Source: Aplysia californica | Lineage: Eukaryota | Assembly (NCBI RefSeq): GCF_000002075.1 | Contig: NW_004797786.1 | Span: 274,709 to 338,708 of the forward strand | DNA length: 64,000 nucleotides | Direction: 5' to 3' | Part shown: positions 54,601-62,032 of the stretch, one piece after another | How the letters are laid out: each line of letters starts with the position of its first letter | Numbering within the stretch: position 1 is the first letter of the stretch | The notes under the pieces: model-generated | What the model saw: only the letters and a program-made list of their open reading frames with translations | Databases searched by the model: none | What the model was told of the DNA's origin: nothing | Translations under genes and position numbers: made by a program

Positions 54601-57600
54601 GATTTCTTGCATTTGCTGATGCGTAATATATAAATAACGCTTTTCATTAAAATAAATATTTTCCCTATACATCTTGGAATTCCCGTGTCGGTGTTGTGTA
54701 AAGTTTGGTACTTTGCTGTCACACAAAAAAAATGTGATTTTGAAAAGATGAATCCCTCTAATTAATGCATAAATATACTTCAAAACTCCACATCAGGCTG
54801 CATTTTGTGTTCCACTCACTCCCAACATACAGACAACCACCAGAATCTGACATATATAACATCAATGATAAAATAGAAATATTTTCATTTTTATCTTTCT
54901 CCATTGCTCAAATGCAAAGGCAATGCATGAGCCGACTGATATTAGCTTTGTTTGCTAGTCCAGGCTGAAATTAGTACTCACGTACTACAAAGTGCACTTT
55001 TAATTGGTCATCCGACACTCATAATATGATGACGCCAAATTCAGTTGTTTAACCCATAATTTGATATTTTAACGAACGTTTGAAATTTTCTTGAAAATAA
55101 TTGATTTGCAACAGTTTTAGTGGCTTTATGTGTGATCTGCAGCAAACAATAGTGCAGTTTGACCCCTGAAGCAGTGCATCTGTGTGCGGGAGTGAAAGTA
55201 AAAATTTACCGTCATTATATACTGATTGTTTAGGCCCTACTCATAATTATTGTTATCATTGAATTTATGGTAAATTTTTACTCCATTTCAAACATAAGTG
55301 AAATATCAAATTATGGGTTAAAACAGGGGGGCATGCCCCCAGATTTTTTTTTAACCTGTTTCCTGAAGGCCACCTCTATTGAGAATAGCGCAGGCGAGCC
55401 TTATGGCTACTCTCACCCCGTGTATGTTCACCGTGATAGGCCAACCAGTGGAGCATTCATCGTGAACCACAGACTTCTACAGTGTGATAACAGAAATGTA
55501 GAATTCTGTGCTGTGAACAAACGTTCCAGCGCTCTTGTGTTGAAAGCGTNNNNNNNNNNNNNNNNNNNNNNNNNNNNNNNNNNNNNNNNNNNNNNNNNNN
55601 NNNNNNNNNNNNNNNNNNNNNNNNNNNNNNNNNNNNNNNNNNNNNNNNNNNNNNNNNNNNNNNNNNNNNNNNNNNNNGTCAAAATAAAATTGCGACCCGC
55701 GTGGTTCGGCTCCATTCGAAAAGTTAAATAGCCGTAGCATCATCTTTGTAGACGACCAAATTAATTTACTTTTGTGTTTCAACATCATTTTTTCTTTGCT
55801 TTTTTGTCAATTTGATTACCCACACCGATAGACAGTGGGCTATTTCGAAAATAGGAAAAACAGGTCTTGCTTCACACCGGGTAAGAATAGCCAACGCTGG
55901 CAAGTCTCACCTGGGGTGAGAGGTCCATCGTAGGCTATTTTTATTCTCACCCCGGGTGAGGATAGTCCCCTGAAACCCCCCGATAGGTCCAAAGCACGCA
56001 AATTACTAACTACGCCGTAAGGCATCTCTGAGCTCATAGTGTATAGAGAGCTCCGTTAAGAAGTTCTCAGAACTATCAAATATTTTAAAAATTACTGACT
56101 AATTTGTGAGGGAAATGAAGTTGATTTAAATAGACTATCAACTGATTCCGTCCATTCGACCACTGACAGCGTCTCTCAGTTTTTCCGCTGCATCCATTCG
56201 ACCACTGTGAGCGGCTCAACGACATCCGAAACAAATGTACACTTTTTAACATAGTTCCTACTTTTTAAGTTGTCGAAAGGAAGTAGAACTTGTAAACAAA
56301 CCTGACCTCAATCTCTGAGCGCCCATATAAATTGATCGAAACTCTGTGAAATTCTTGCAAAAATCGTTGTTTTGTTGTCGCTATGTAGGCTAGATCTAAC
56401 CTTGGGTAAATAACACGGAGCCTGGTATAAGAAAAAGGCCCTTCAAAGAAAGATATTCAACTAAATTTGTGAAATTCTTGCATAAATGTGTGCTAGGGTG
56501 ATATTGCTAAGATTTTGAGTTGATTCCTACGGATTATAAGGACTTGCAGAGCTGAGAAAATGCCGTTAGTCGAAATTTTCTAAGAGGTGTTGCGTAATTT
56601 TTTTTCTTCATTCGTTTCTGTCTGACAGAAAATACAATACTTACAGATTATAGGTCATCGTTATTGATATAAACAAATTCTTCTATTGATTCCCACCACT
56701 TTGGTACAATACCTATTAGGAACTTAGAGCTTCACAGTAGTGCATTTAAAAATCGAAGTGTATACAGACCCGGTAACCGGGAACTAAGTCACGAAGTATA
56801 CAGACCCGGTAAGGGAACTCTTTTGTGATTTCGGGAAGTTTCAACGCCCNNNNNNNNNNNNNNNNNNNNNNNNNNNNNNNNNNNNNNNNNNNNNNNNNNN
56901 NNNNNNNNNNNNNNNNNNNNNNNNNNNNNNNNNNNNNNNNNNNNNNNNNNNNNNNNNNNNNNNNNNNNNNNNNNNNNNNNNNNNNNNNNNNNNNNNNNNN
57001 NNNNNNNNNNNNNNNNNNNNNNNNNNNNNNNNNNNNNNNNNNNNNNNNNNNNNNCTGCTCGATTGAAATTATGACATTGTTCTTTTCTTCAAATTGTGAT
57101 TCCTCCAACTCCATCGTTCATCGAAAAGACATCCGCAATCTTCATTTAGATCTAGATCTAGGCTAGCCGCGAAACTAGATCAAAGATGTCTGCCTAGATC
57201 TAGATCTAGACCACTGATCTAGAAGAACCTAGGTCTACCCTGAGCCAAGAGGGCGCTGAAACTCTCCGAAATCACAAAAGAGTTCTCCTACCAGGTCTGT
57301 ATACTTTGTGACTTTGTTCCCGGTTACCGGGTCTGTATACACACTCCCTTTAAAAATAGACGCACCCCAGGTCTAAAACTGAACAAGTCCAGAGCCTGAA
57401 AAAATGATGGACGGAATCAGTAGTTAATGTTCAGTGCATCAATAGAGCCGCCTAGGCCTATGCCTATAGTTATAATAGTAGATCTTGATCTATTTAGTAG
57501 AAAACGGACAACTGGTGGTCAAGTATCTAGATTCTAGATCTAGATCTAGCTGCTCATTAAGTGTGAGAGGGGGGGGGGGGGGGAGGGAGTAAAAGTAAAA

Positions 57601-57889
57601 GATACCATCATGTCCATGACAATGATCAGCCAAAATACTTGTACTTGATTACACTCCATGATACCACGGATCTAGTAAACTAGATCTAGATCTAGATCTA
57701 GATCTAGATTCTAGCCTACTTTTACTTACAACTCTACTCTAGATCTAGATTCTATATCAATCAGACATCATTGTTGATGATCATGACATGTCATGTCTGT
57801 TGAATAGCGAGGCCATTGAGAATAGAGCAATACCTTTGCTTTTCTTGAGCATCGTCCTTATGTGAAATACTGGGTGAAGAATCAGACAT
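9641..57889 (-). CDS. ALS2: Alsin (ALS2), Rab5/Rac1 guanine-nucleotide exchange factor; 36 coding exons, about 1900 aa; RCC1-like domain, DH, PH, MORN repeats, VPS9
   Basis: Manually spliced model with GT-AG boundaries and consistent phases. Domain order and motifs (VWDIAAG.NHSLFL, ELAASERTFY, KDATYKGTWLSGKLHG, GEKYMGMW, WNMDDLFP, HGELGLMFTTLK|ACYFQIQNEK) match vertebrate alsin. Confidence 0.97.
10294..10474 (-). mobile_element. Family A1 short retroposon, full-length copy
   Basis: On +: ttttagtagaggttttacggcgcttgcaactgcataaggtcatataagcgc...agagcacccgccaaccacccac. Confidence 0.85.
10691..10873 (-). CDS. ALS2: ALS2 exon 35 (VPS9 catalytic core)
   Basis: RVTATVKENVLWNMDDLFPIFQFVVVRAKIHHLGAE...HGELGLMFTTLK; phase 0-0. 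Confidence 0.96.
11052..11226. mobile_element. Tc1/mariner(pogo)-type MITE family D, degenerate
   Basis: Repeated tggccacctgt units and ctccttgacaatgggtggcc; inverted copy at 30762-30942, relatives near 45150-45340 and 62261-62318. Confidence 0.6.
12009..12072 (-). CDS. ALS2: ALS2 exon 34 (VPS9)
   Basis: TAFSPLDKLLVIEQAFNEISK; phase 2-0. Confidence 0.92.
12614..12675 (-). CDS. ALS2: ALS2 exon 33 (VPS9)
   Basis: QLTAVKDVCYAEAVDSLQQL; phase 0-2. Confidence 0.92.
13157..13409. mobile_element. TTAA-flanked piggyBac-type MITE family B
   Basis: (A)TAA-CCCTGTCCG ... CAGATAGGG-TTAA; copies at 39648-39883 and 46113-46360. Confidence 0.8.
14618..14663 (-). CDS. ALS2: ALS2 exon 32 (46-nt exon)
   Basis: RFWLLDDLLQPGKSQ; cag acceptor, CAG|gtgagt donor; corresponds to the KFWP segment of vertebrate alsin. 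Confidence 0.85.
14813..15137 (+). mobile_element. Internally deleted piggyBac-like element with an acidic transposase N-terminus remnant
   Basis: TTAA-CCCCTTTGAGCC ... GGCTCAAAGGT-TTAA; internal frame LTTQDVTDYFEDLSELDASNDVDYREWEMECDSD. Confidence 0.6.
15134..15282. mobile_element. Short TTAA-type MITE family E (second copy ~16609-16738)
   Basis: TTAACACTTTG ... CAAAGTGCTAA; body ggtcacctggcgca...ctcctggctgggtgacc repeated at 16626-16694. Confidence 0.65.
15975..16149 (-). CDS. ALS2: ALS2 exon 31 (3' end and donor hidden in assembly gap)
   Basis: QILTAAGLLYPLLLPKLYPPLFDLYALHNEAHDDRYWERVTKLNRQSDMGLMAYLDVD runs into the N gap. Confidence 0.93.
17713..17844 (-). CDS. ALS2: ALS2 exon 30
   Basis: ILFPDLPPNGGPMQVYPP...EIEDPN; phase 2-2. 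Confidence 0.88.
18197..18354 (-). CDS. ALS2: ALS2 exon 29
   Basis: ACDSNYHPLGQLMNTLVNVFRASYIGVGAHPHLLHHAVHEVRSY; phase 0-2. Confidence 0.95.
18652..19043 (-). mobile_element. Family A2 short retroposon (~390 bp), full-length copy
   Basis: Same terminal stem-loop as A1 with a longer body; collinear with 36688-37081. Confidence 0.85.
19623..19743 (-). CDS. ALS2: ALS2 exon 28
   Basis: SPSKAKIQQKLLETLEKIPTHHQGSLNTETLEQMTSYLAQ; phase 2-0. Confidence 0.9.
20403..21259 (+). mobile_element. Non-autonomous piggyBac-like element (~860 bp) with an acidic transposase N-terminus remnant
   Basis: TTAA-CACATTGAAGACG ... CGTCTTCAAAGAG-TTAA; internal acidic frame EQEGSDDEE...EDIDSESEGEGEE. Confidence 0.7.
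21917..22102 (-). CDS. ALS2: ALS2 exon 27
   Basis: YFGRLCVTPDAKWTDIF...KAWETVAVMVSAGRK; phase 2-2. Confidence 0.92.
23519..23670 (-). CDS. ALS2: ALS2 exon 26 (last MORN repeat)
   Basis: GTLTLSTGDKLEGSFSGSLNEGLKVSGSFVK...; phase 0-2. Confidence 0.93.
24901..25093. mobile_element. MITE family C copy
   Basis: actgccataagctgacaaaac ... gttttgtcagcttacggcagt. Confidence 0.8.
25231..25308 (-). CDS. ALS2: ALS2 exon 25 (MORN)
   Basis: GFGVMVSDDNTLYEGDFLGITHLAGK; phase 0-0. Confidence 0.93.
26017..26126 (-). CDS. ALS2: ALS2 exon 24 (MORN)
   Basis: EKYMGMWVEDHRHGNGIMVTLDGMYFEGNFIQDKLT; phase 1-0. Confidence 0.95.
26447..26613 (-). CDS. ALS2: ALS2 exon 23 (MORN)
   Basis: YANGDLYEGHFQDGQRFGHG...YIGEWLANMREGYGVQDDIHK; phase 2-1. 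Confidence 0.95.
28000..28123 (-). mobile_element. Family A1 partial copy lacking the terminal stem-loop
   Basis: gaggtgttacaagagagtaacaaac...cagagcacccgcaaaccatccac. Confidence 0.75.
28176..28268 (-). CDS. ALS2: ALS2 exon 22 (MORN)
   Basis: SGVFTIQKSRGQEVRKGTWKDGKLNGYAVV; phase 2-2. Confidence 0.9.
28753..28818 (-). CDS. ALS2: ALS2 exon 21 (MORN)
   Basis: GELKWPDGSVYEGKFKVGLKH; phase 2-2. Confidence 0.93.
30045..30241 (-). CDS. ALS2: ALS2 exon 20 (PH end, first MORN repeat)
   Basis: AEWLIAFNSAI...KDATYKGTWLSGKLHG; phase 0-2. Confidence 0.95.
30762..30942. mobile_element. MITE family D copy (opposite orientation)
   Basis: tacagtgaaa...ggccacccattgtcaaggagaaaagt...agaaggttcaata. Confidence 0.6.
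31220..31286 (-). CDS. ALS2: ALS2 exon 19 (PH)
   Basis: NNITIIVPEERYELTTSSPAQK; phase 2-0. Confidence 0.9.
32011..32312. mobile_element. TTAA-type MITE family F
   Basis: Collinear with 48726-49013; inverted partial copy near 42955-43033. Confidence 0.7.
32823..33193 (+). mobile_element. Bipartite non-autonomous RTE-clade retroelement (5' UTR fused to ORF 3' end) with a 14-bp TSD
   Basis: TSD ATGGTAAAAG(A/C)CAT at 32809-32822 and 33194-33207; 3' part encodes RTE C-terminal-like TWSDIKRLAQDRERWRVYVRGLY; (ATG)n tail. Confidence 0.8.
34016..34086 (-). CDS. ALS2: ALS2 exon 18 (PH)
   Basis: NTGLTKYPLETVWVESGSSNSDQ; phase 0-2. Confidence 0.88.
34548..34676 (-). CDS. ALS2: ALS2 exon 17 (PH)
   Basis: DAMRIPSRRVLRDSK...AGRFTSHIFVLFDDVFMHFQ; phase 0-0. 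Confidence 0.93.
35100..35269 (-). mobile_element. Family A1 short retroposon, full-length copy
   Basis: Collinear with the other A1 copies. Confidence 0.85.
35376..35507 (-). CDS. ALS2: ALS2 exon 16 (DH end)
   Basis: NSELKSHLSSITLDWD...ADATRAFWDTAHPRVA; phase 0-0; alternative in-frame acceptor would start at 35513. Confidence 0.88.
35785..36015 (-). mobile_element. tRNA-derived SINE
   Basis: Minus strand has A/B-box-like motifs (GTAGCCTAGTGG, GGTTCAAGCCC) followed by the SINE body motif GTGTCCTTGGGAAAGGCACTTTACAC, shared with the 60-kb SINE. Confidence 0.75.
36688..37081 (-). mobile_element. Family A2 short retroposon, full-length copy
   Basis: Collinear with 18652-19043 and ends at the same point (gcacygccc). 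Confidence 0.85.
37321..37480 (-). CDS. ALS2: ALS2 exon 15 (DH)
   Basis: NFFEKIQGSIRDLSEE...YPFFRLVEYARIITKMAAATE; phase 2-0. Confidence 0.9.
39208..39325. repeat. Local tandem duplication (56-bp match, 62-bp period)
   Basis: tagggcagaacatggcatcaaacaaaaccgtgaaagcccatcggcagcatgaacag occurs twice. Confidence 0.9.
39383..39555 (-). CDS. ALS2: ALS2 exon 14 (DH)
   Basis: IGEGITDLTAAIQ...FTQYSKAFSDFLAVGGFEYCTRAG; phase 0-2. Confidence 0.9.
39648..39883. mobile_element. piggyBac-type MITE family B copy (damaged right end)
   Basis: Collinear with the 13157 and 46113 copies. Confidence 0.75.
40276..40358 (-). CDS. ALS2: ALS2 exon 13 (DH)
   Basis: FYSAMDVFPYKSSLQNLVAAFGALTKR; phase 1-0. Confidence 0.88.
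40531..40927. repeat. Tandem duplication of a ~190-200-bp unit ending in (CA)n
   Basis: cagagatatttga...gacaacaaagagcat...tgttgaaagtttgtcaaaggtttcacacac occurs twice. Confidence 0.85.
41065..41830. mobile_element. Degenerate DNA-transposon-like repeat with internal duplication
   Basis: ~41170-41420 is repeated at ~41575-41830; inverted relative at ~20235-20400. Confidence 0.55.
42018..42189 (-). CDS. ALS2: ALS2 exon 12 (start of DH domain)
   Basis: LGWVIKVMSGG...FELAASERTFYHQLIKTSNLLLRPLQKS; phase 0-1. Confidence 0.93.
42414..42477 (-). CDS. ALS2: ALS2 exon 11
   Basis: REKHASMQKTSVPTAVAEVKQ; phase 2-0; tandem CAGCAG acceptor. Confidence 0.85.
43392..43504 (-). CDS. ALS2: ALS2 exon 10
   Basis: FMKGCMVWDIAAGTNHSLFLGDSTMMKPDVFFCGKQP; phase 0-2. 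Confidence 0.93.
43911..44050 (-). CDS. ALS2: ALS2 exon 9 (RCC1 repeat)
   Basis: [34 protein letters not shown]...RVK; phase 1-0. Confidence 0.95.
44369..44506 (-). CDS. ALS2: ALS2 exon 8 (RCC1 repeat resumes)
   Basis: SSQVPKIKPVVTATEVWAWGENGYGQLGIGDTLDRAEPVHLRSLM; phase 1-1. Confidence 0.93.
46113..46360. mobile_element. piggyBac-type MITE family B copy
   Basis: TTAA-CCCTATCCGTAC ... GTACAGACAGGG-TTAA. Confidence 0.85.
46723..46887 (-). CDS. ALS2: ALS2 exon 7 (insert region)
   Basis: HEMVKSGTFAEWSEEL...SASSTT; phase 1-1. Confidence 0.8.
47085..47258 (-). mobile_element. Family A1 short retroposon, full-length copy
   Basis: Collinear with the other A1 copies. Confidence 0.85.
47410..47656 (-). 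mobile_element. Family A2 short retroposon, 5'-truncated copy
   Basis: Collinear with the other A2 copies over ~240 bp. Confidence 0.8.
48194..48425 (-). CDS. ALS2: ALS2 exon 6 (insert region)
   Basis: MKSVTSRAFSSL...DTEIS; phase 0-1. Confidence 0.82.
48726..49013. mobile_element. TTAA-type MITE family F copy
   Basis: aactctttatctc ... gagataaacagttaa terminal inverted repeats. Confidence 0.75.
49263..49510 (-). CDS. ALS2: ALS2 exon 5 (insert region)
   Basis: VLPVQRRERV...SEAMDYLHRQLE...MMEQ; phase 1-0, donor CAG|gtaagg. Confidence 0.85.
50060..51106 (-). CDS. ALS2: ALS2 exon 4 (RCC1 repeat plus long acidic Ser/Thr-rich insert)
   Basis: GEVWAWGFGPQLGLG...VCCGESHSLVL then low-complexity region; 1047 nt open, phase 1-1. 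Confidence 0.93.
51136..51320. repeat. Polypurine (GAG/GGA/GAA) low-complexity tract
   Basis: Visible directly; forms a long pyrimidine tract upstream of the exon-4 acceptor on the minus strand. Confidence 0.85.
51578..51829 (-). CDS. ALS2: ALS2 exon 3 (RCC1 repeats)
   Basis: IACGKQHSAVVTDCGQVFCWGDSTDGQCG...VACGARHTLALSD; phase 1-1. Confidence 0.95.
52325..52548 (-). CDS. ALS2: ALS2 exon 2 (RCC1 repeat)
   Basis: MALWQGYTG...IALGQNHSLFLTHDGEVFVHGANSCGQLGLG; ag/gt boundaries. Confidence 0.92.
56758..57343. mobile_element. Foldback-like element with ~92-bp terminal inverted repeats (gap inside)
   Basis: gtgtatacagacccggtaaccgggaac...caacgccc (56758-56849) versus gggcgctg...gttcccggttaccgggtctgtatacac (57251-57343). 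Confidence 0.8.
57146..57752. repeat. Clustered palindromic (TAGATC)n microsatellite runs
   Basis: Runs at ~57146, 57196, 57527, 57680-57710 and 57738. Confidence 0.85.
57834..57889 (-). CDS. ALS2: ALS2 coding exon 1 (MSDSSPSISHKDDAQEKQ)
   Basis: ATG at 57889, donor AG|gtattg in phase 2 matching exon 2; next to the CpG-rich promoter region. No homology support, so less certain. Confidence 0.7.
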
Positions 57890-58120
57890 GACGAATGGTT
57901 GTATTTCGACAAGAGGACCAGTCCTTCGTGTACCCGTGAAAATCACATAATTAGTAAAAGTTCTTTATGTTTCACGCTTTATCAAACGAAAAGCTTTCAT
58001 TATTTTCTTGTTTTGATTCTAAAACCGGAAGTTGAAATATGGGTCAACTGAATAATCCCGTCGTCTATTTTAAGTATCGCCTGACAATATCAAATATCAT
58101 CGATCTATAGCCTACCCTTT
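57890..58120 (-). promoter_or_regulatory. Putative ALS2 5' UTR / proximal promoter with an ETS-type motif ACCGGAAGT (58024-58032)
   Basis: Directly upstream of the exon-1 ATG; visibly CpG-richer than the gene body; CCGGAAGT is typical of TATA-less housekeeping promoters. Confidence 0.5.
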
Positions 58121-59967
58121 AGCCTAGGCTAAAGATATGCTAGCTAGCCTACGCGTACTAAAGGCAACGGAATAGCATAATGAGTCCTGAGAAAGAAATG
58201 ATCTCAACCCGATCCCTCCAAGTAACACGCGAAATAAGAAATGACAATCTGTCACAGCTTTAGAACCTACACCGCCTCTCGGCCTATGACAACGGGGTGC
58301 TACCACAGAAGACCAATACTTGGTGTTCTGTGGGTGCTACGGATAGGATCGACCCGACCCGCTGTAATATGGGCATCCCTGAGTTTACGACTGTGCGTTT
58401 CAGTTTAAAGGTTCGACGGGTCGTTTGTTTTCAGGCACCGAGTCGGGCGATCGGCCCGACGCTCCCCGTACAAATGTATAAAGTTACGATCTTTTTGTTA
58501 TATGTATGCTGCTTTTTTTCTTCAACCAAATAGGCCTACTATTAAAAATCATTTTAATGTTAAGATTACACGTTCAGTTGAAACTGGCACCGTCGTCTCG
58601 AGGACAAGGACATATAAAACATTAAATTATACATAATATGCTGCAATCTTTGTTATAAAAAACAACAACAACAACAACAACAACAAAACACGTTTTATTG
58701 TGATCCTCAGAGGTCCAAAAAAAGAGTCCCCATAACATTCTAGCACAGAATTCTACACTTAGGAATTTATAGTTCATTTTGTTCCGGTGTTTCCGAAATT
58801 GATATAATTTTTACGAGCAATGCTTGTAAACGAAAATTTTATTCGTTGGTGGGTCGTATAGCGTGCGGCCAGAGCTACAAAAATCAACAGCATCATTAAA
58901 AACAGCTGAGCTACTATCGTGATTCTGCTGCCCGCTGGTGACAAAATTCGTGTGCTTGCGAGTTTTTAACTCGTTGAAGACGCGTGTTCTGGTCATTCGA
59001 CAACAACGGTGAAGACACACGTTAAGTTGCTTTGGAACGTACATTCACACAGATTCTTCAATTCTGTTTTCCTCCTCTGAAATATAAAACGATAGGCAAT
59101 AATAACATGTATTCTGTGAAATATGATGCAAATTCCTGTATCTGATTCAAGAATGATGGCTTGAAACATTCCGAGAACACTGCTTATGTTCTGCTGCATG
59201 TATCCGATATGCTTTAAAGAGTTAAAGATCACAAAGAAAGAAGTAGATCAATTATCTTTTTCAGCAAAACTGAATCAAATGTATTGTTTTCTCATCATAA
59301 AGAGAATACGGACAACTGTCAGTTTTAAGTGAACGAGTATAAATCTGCGGCGCTCATATGACCTAATGCAGTTATGCGAGCGCTCTAAAACCTCTACTAA
59401 ATAAAATAAAAAATAATAATAAATATGCCTGTTAAACACCACAATGCATGAAATGCAATCAAAAACAGACGAACCAGCAAAAGTTGCGGAAAAGATTGTA
59501 CTTATATTAAATTGTATCTACTACGACTACTATCAGAAACTACGCCCAGACACCTTTGCAGAAATGAGTAAACTCAAAATAGCTTGGCAAATTATCCAAA
59601 ACTGCAGACTGCCTTGACGACGTCCACCAAAGACTTTAAAATGCATGGATCGCTTTTGTGAAATAAAAAATTATAATATCGAAGTCAAAGATAATTTCAT
59701 TGAAGACGAAATTCAATACATTGGCATGTATTTTGACTGCATGTGACGTATGGTTCAGAGATGTGGAAAATAACAATAATAATAATAATNNNNNNNNNNN
59801 NNNNNNNNNNNNNNNNNNNNNNNNNNNNNNNNNNNNNNNNNNNNNNNNNNNNNNNNNNNNNNNNNNNNNNNNNNNNNNNNNNNNNNNNNNNNNNNNNNNN
59901 NNNNNNNNNNNNNNNNNNNNNNNNNNNNNNNNNNNNNNNNNNNNNNNNNNNNNNNNNNNNNNNNNNC

Positions 59968-60258
59968 ATATCCCCGCTCAACAGCAAGCTCTATGCGATT
60001 TACACTAAATATTACCCCAGCAGACCATAGAACACTCCGAAACATTCTTAACTTCCCGGGAAGCATACAGTGCAAGCAGCTGATTAAGCGCTCAAACACT
60101 AACAAACTGACAAGATCTTTGGCTGTCTATAGCCGGGTACCCATTCCCACCTGGGTGAAGTGAGGAAAACTCGTGTAAAGTGCCTTTCCCAATGACGCAA
60201 CGTCGGCCCCTGACGGGATTCGAACCCACGACCTTACGGTTGCGAGTCCGAGAGCCTA
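59968..60258 (-). mobile_element. tRNA-derived SINE (5' end truncated, tail runs into gap)
   Basis: GGTTCGAATCCCG B box, TTGGGAAAGGCACTTTACACG body, CACCCAGGTGGGAATGGGTACC domain. Confidence 0.78.
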
Positions 60259-60424
60259 AAACAAAACAAAACAATTCAACGAAAATAAAAAATAAAGCTG
60301 ACAAAATGTTTAGGAAGAATTTTACTAATAAAATGGAATGAATTTATCACAAATTATTAATGAAGTGTTGGAAAGAGCTGGAATTGAAAATATCAAAATA
60401 TCAACTACAACCATAAAAAGGAAA

Positions 60425-60680
60425 AAATGGAGAAATTTATAGGACATGTTCTAAGATTGTCGAAAACAAGATTGCCCCATCGTGGTATTGGAAGGAAACC
60501 AACTGGAAAATAGAAAACAAGGAAGGCCAACTGGAAGCTATAGAGGTACAATAAGGGATGAAGCAAACACCCAGGGCCTGGATTTGCCGAAACTGAAGAA
60601 CATGGCCAGGGACAGACAAGCGTGGCGTCGACTGCAGCTCTCCGCCTTATATACCTGATGGAATAAGGAGAGGGTAAGGG
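60425..60680 (+). mobile_element. Degenerate 3' end of an RTE-like LINE
   Basis: Frame-shifted WR.IGHVLR ... DRQAWR motifs of the RT C-terminal region. Confidence 0.55.
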
Positions 60681-60967
60681 CGACCACATTGAGAAAGCCT
60701 CTCGAGGCCGTACTTTTAACAGCCTCTTAAACTTTGGAAAGTGCCTGCTGGACCCCACATAGAGAACGCTGTTACACTAGGCCGTTTGTCATCAAGTGTA
60801 TGTATTCTTCATAGACAGGGAAGGCGTTGCCCAAAATCTTACGAAAGAGGCATTCCCGTGATCGGATGTGGCCCGGAGCTTGCTTGTAGAACCAGTAATG
60901 ATGCTAAAGGCGTGAGAGACATTTTACCTCATATTTCGCCCAGAACCCTTTAGTCTAAAATAACTGG

Positions 60968-61024
<57 letters not shown>

Positions 61025-61258
61025 TGCCAGATCTGCGACAGACATCGGCGATCATGGTTTTCCATTCATTCCTTTGCTCGGATGCTCTAAAAAAAGTTAC
61101 GTTTCCCTGATCTTTTCCTGTTACCCATTTGTTTAGGTTCCCAAAGTATGTTGTTCTGGGTCTACCCCTGCCTCGCTTGCCCTCAAGCCCTCAATTTTGC
61201 CAGTGAGAGCTAGATGTTCAAGACTTTCATGTCTATTCAGGTGTCCCAAAAACTGCAT
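60968..61258 (-). mobile_element. 3' end of an RTE (BovB-like) LINE with (TGA)n tail
   Basis: Minus-strand QFLGHLNRHESLEHLALTGKIEG..GKRGRGRPRTTY...RNEWKTMIADV followed by (ATC)n on +. Confidence 0.8.
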
Positions 61259-61796
61259 TAAATGTTCCCTGATTTTTTATTATTTTTTTAATATATATTT
61301 TTTGATNNNNNNNNNNNNNNNNNNNNNNNNNNNNNNNNNNNNNNNNNNNNNNNNNNNNNNNNNNNNNNNNNNNNNNNNNNNNNNNNNNNNNNNNNNNNNN
61401 NNNNNNNNNNNNNNNNNNNNNNNNNNNNNNNNNNNNNNNNNNNNNNNNNNNNNNNNNNNNNNNNNNNNNNNNNNNNNNNNNNNNNNNNNNNNNNNNNNNN
61501 NNNNNNNNNNNNNNNNNNNNNNNNNNNNNNNNNNNNNNNNNNNNNNNNNNNNNNNNNNNNNNNNNNNNNNNNNNNNNNNNNNNNNNNNNNNNNNNNNTTG
61601 GTGGAGGAACAGCGCAAGGTTCTAAAATCGTCATCATCATCATCATCATCATCTAGTAGCCTACAACCACAACGACAAAACACGACCACAGACAGCTGTG
61701 GACGGCCTTGGAAAGAATGTAGTTTGGATTCCGCAAGAAACGTCAGTGCCGCTCCTTACTGGCGCGTCCTCAATGACAGCTTTGTCTACGTGGGGC

Positions 61797-61925
61797 GCAA
61801 CGGTTTTCATTTGGGGATTCTTTTAATTTCACTGCCTCGGTCAGTGTGCGCTTACGTGAGCGTGAGCGAATGGCGTTCTCTATGTGGTCGCCCTAAGTAA
61901 GTAAGTAAGTAAAGTAAGTAAGTAA
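61797..61925 (+). mobile_element. Probable LINE 3' terminus with (TAAG)n tail
   Basis: ...gaatggcgttctctatgtggtcgccc followed by taagtaagtaagtaa. Confidence 0.45.
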
Positions 61926-61955
61926 TATAAAGTCCAAAAGCGGAGGGTTCAAAAG

Positions 61956-62016
<61 letters not shown>

Positions 62017-62032
62017 TCTCTCTTTTTTGTCA

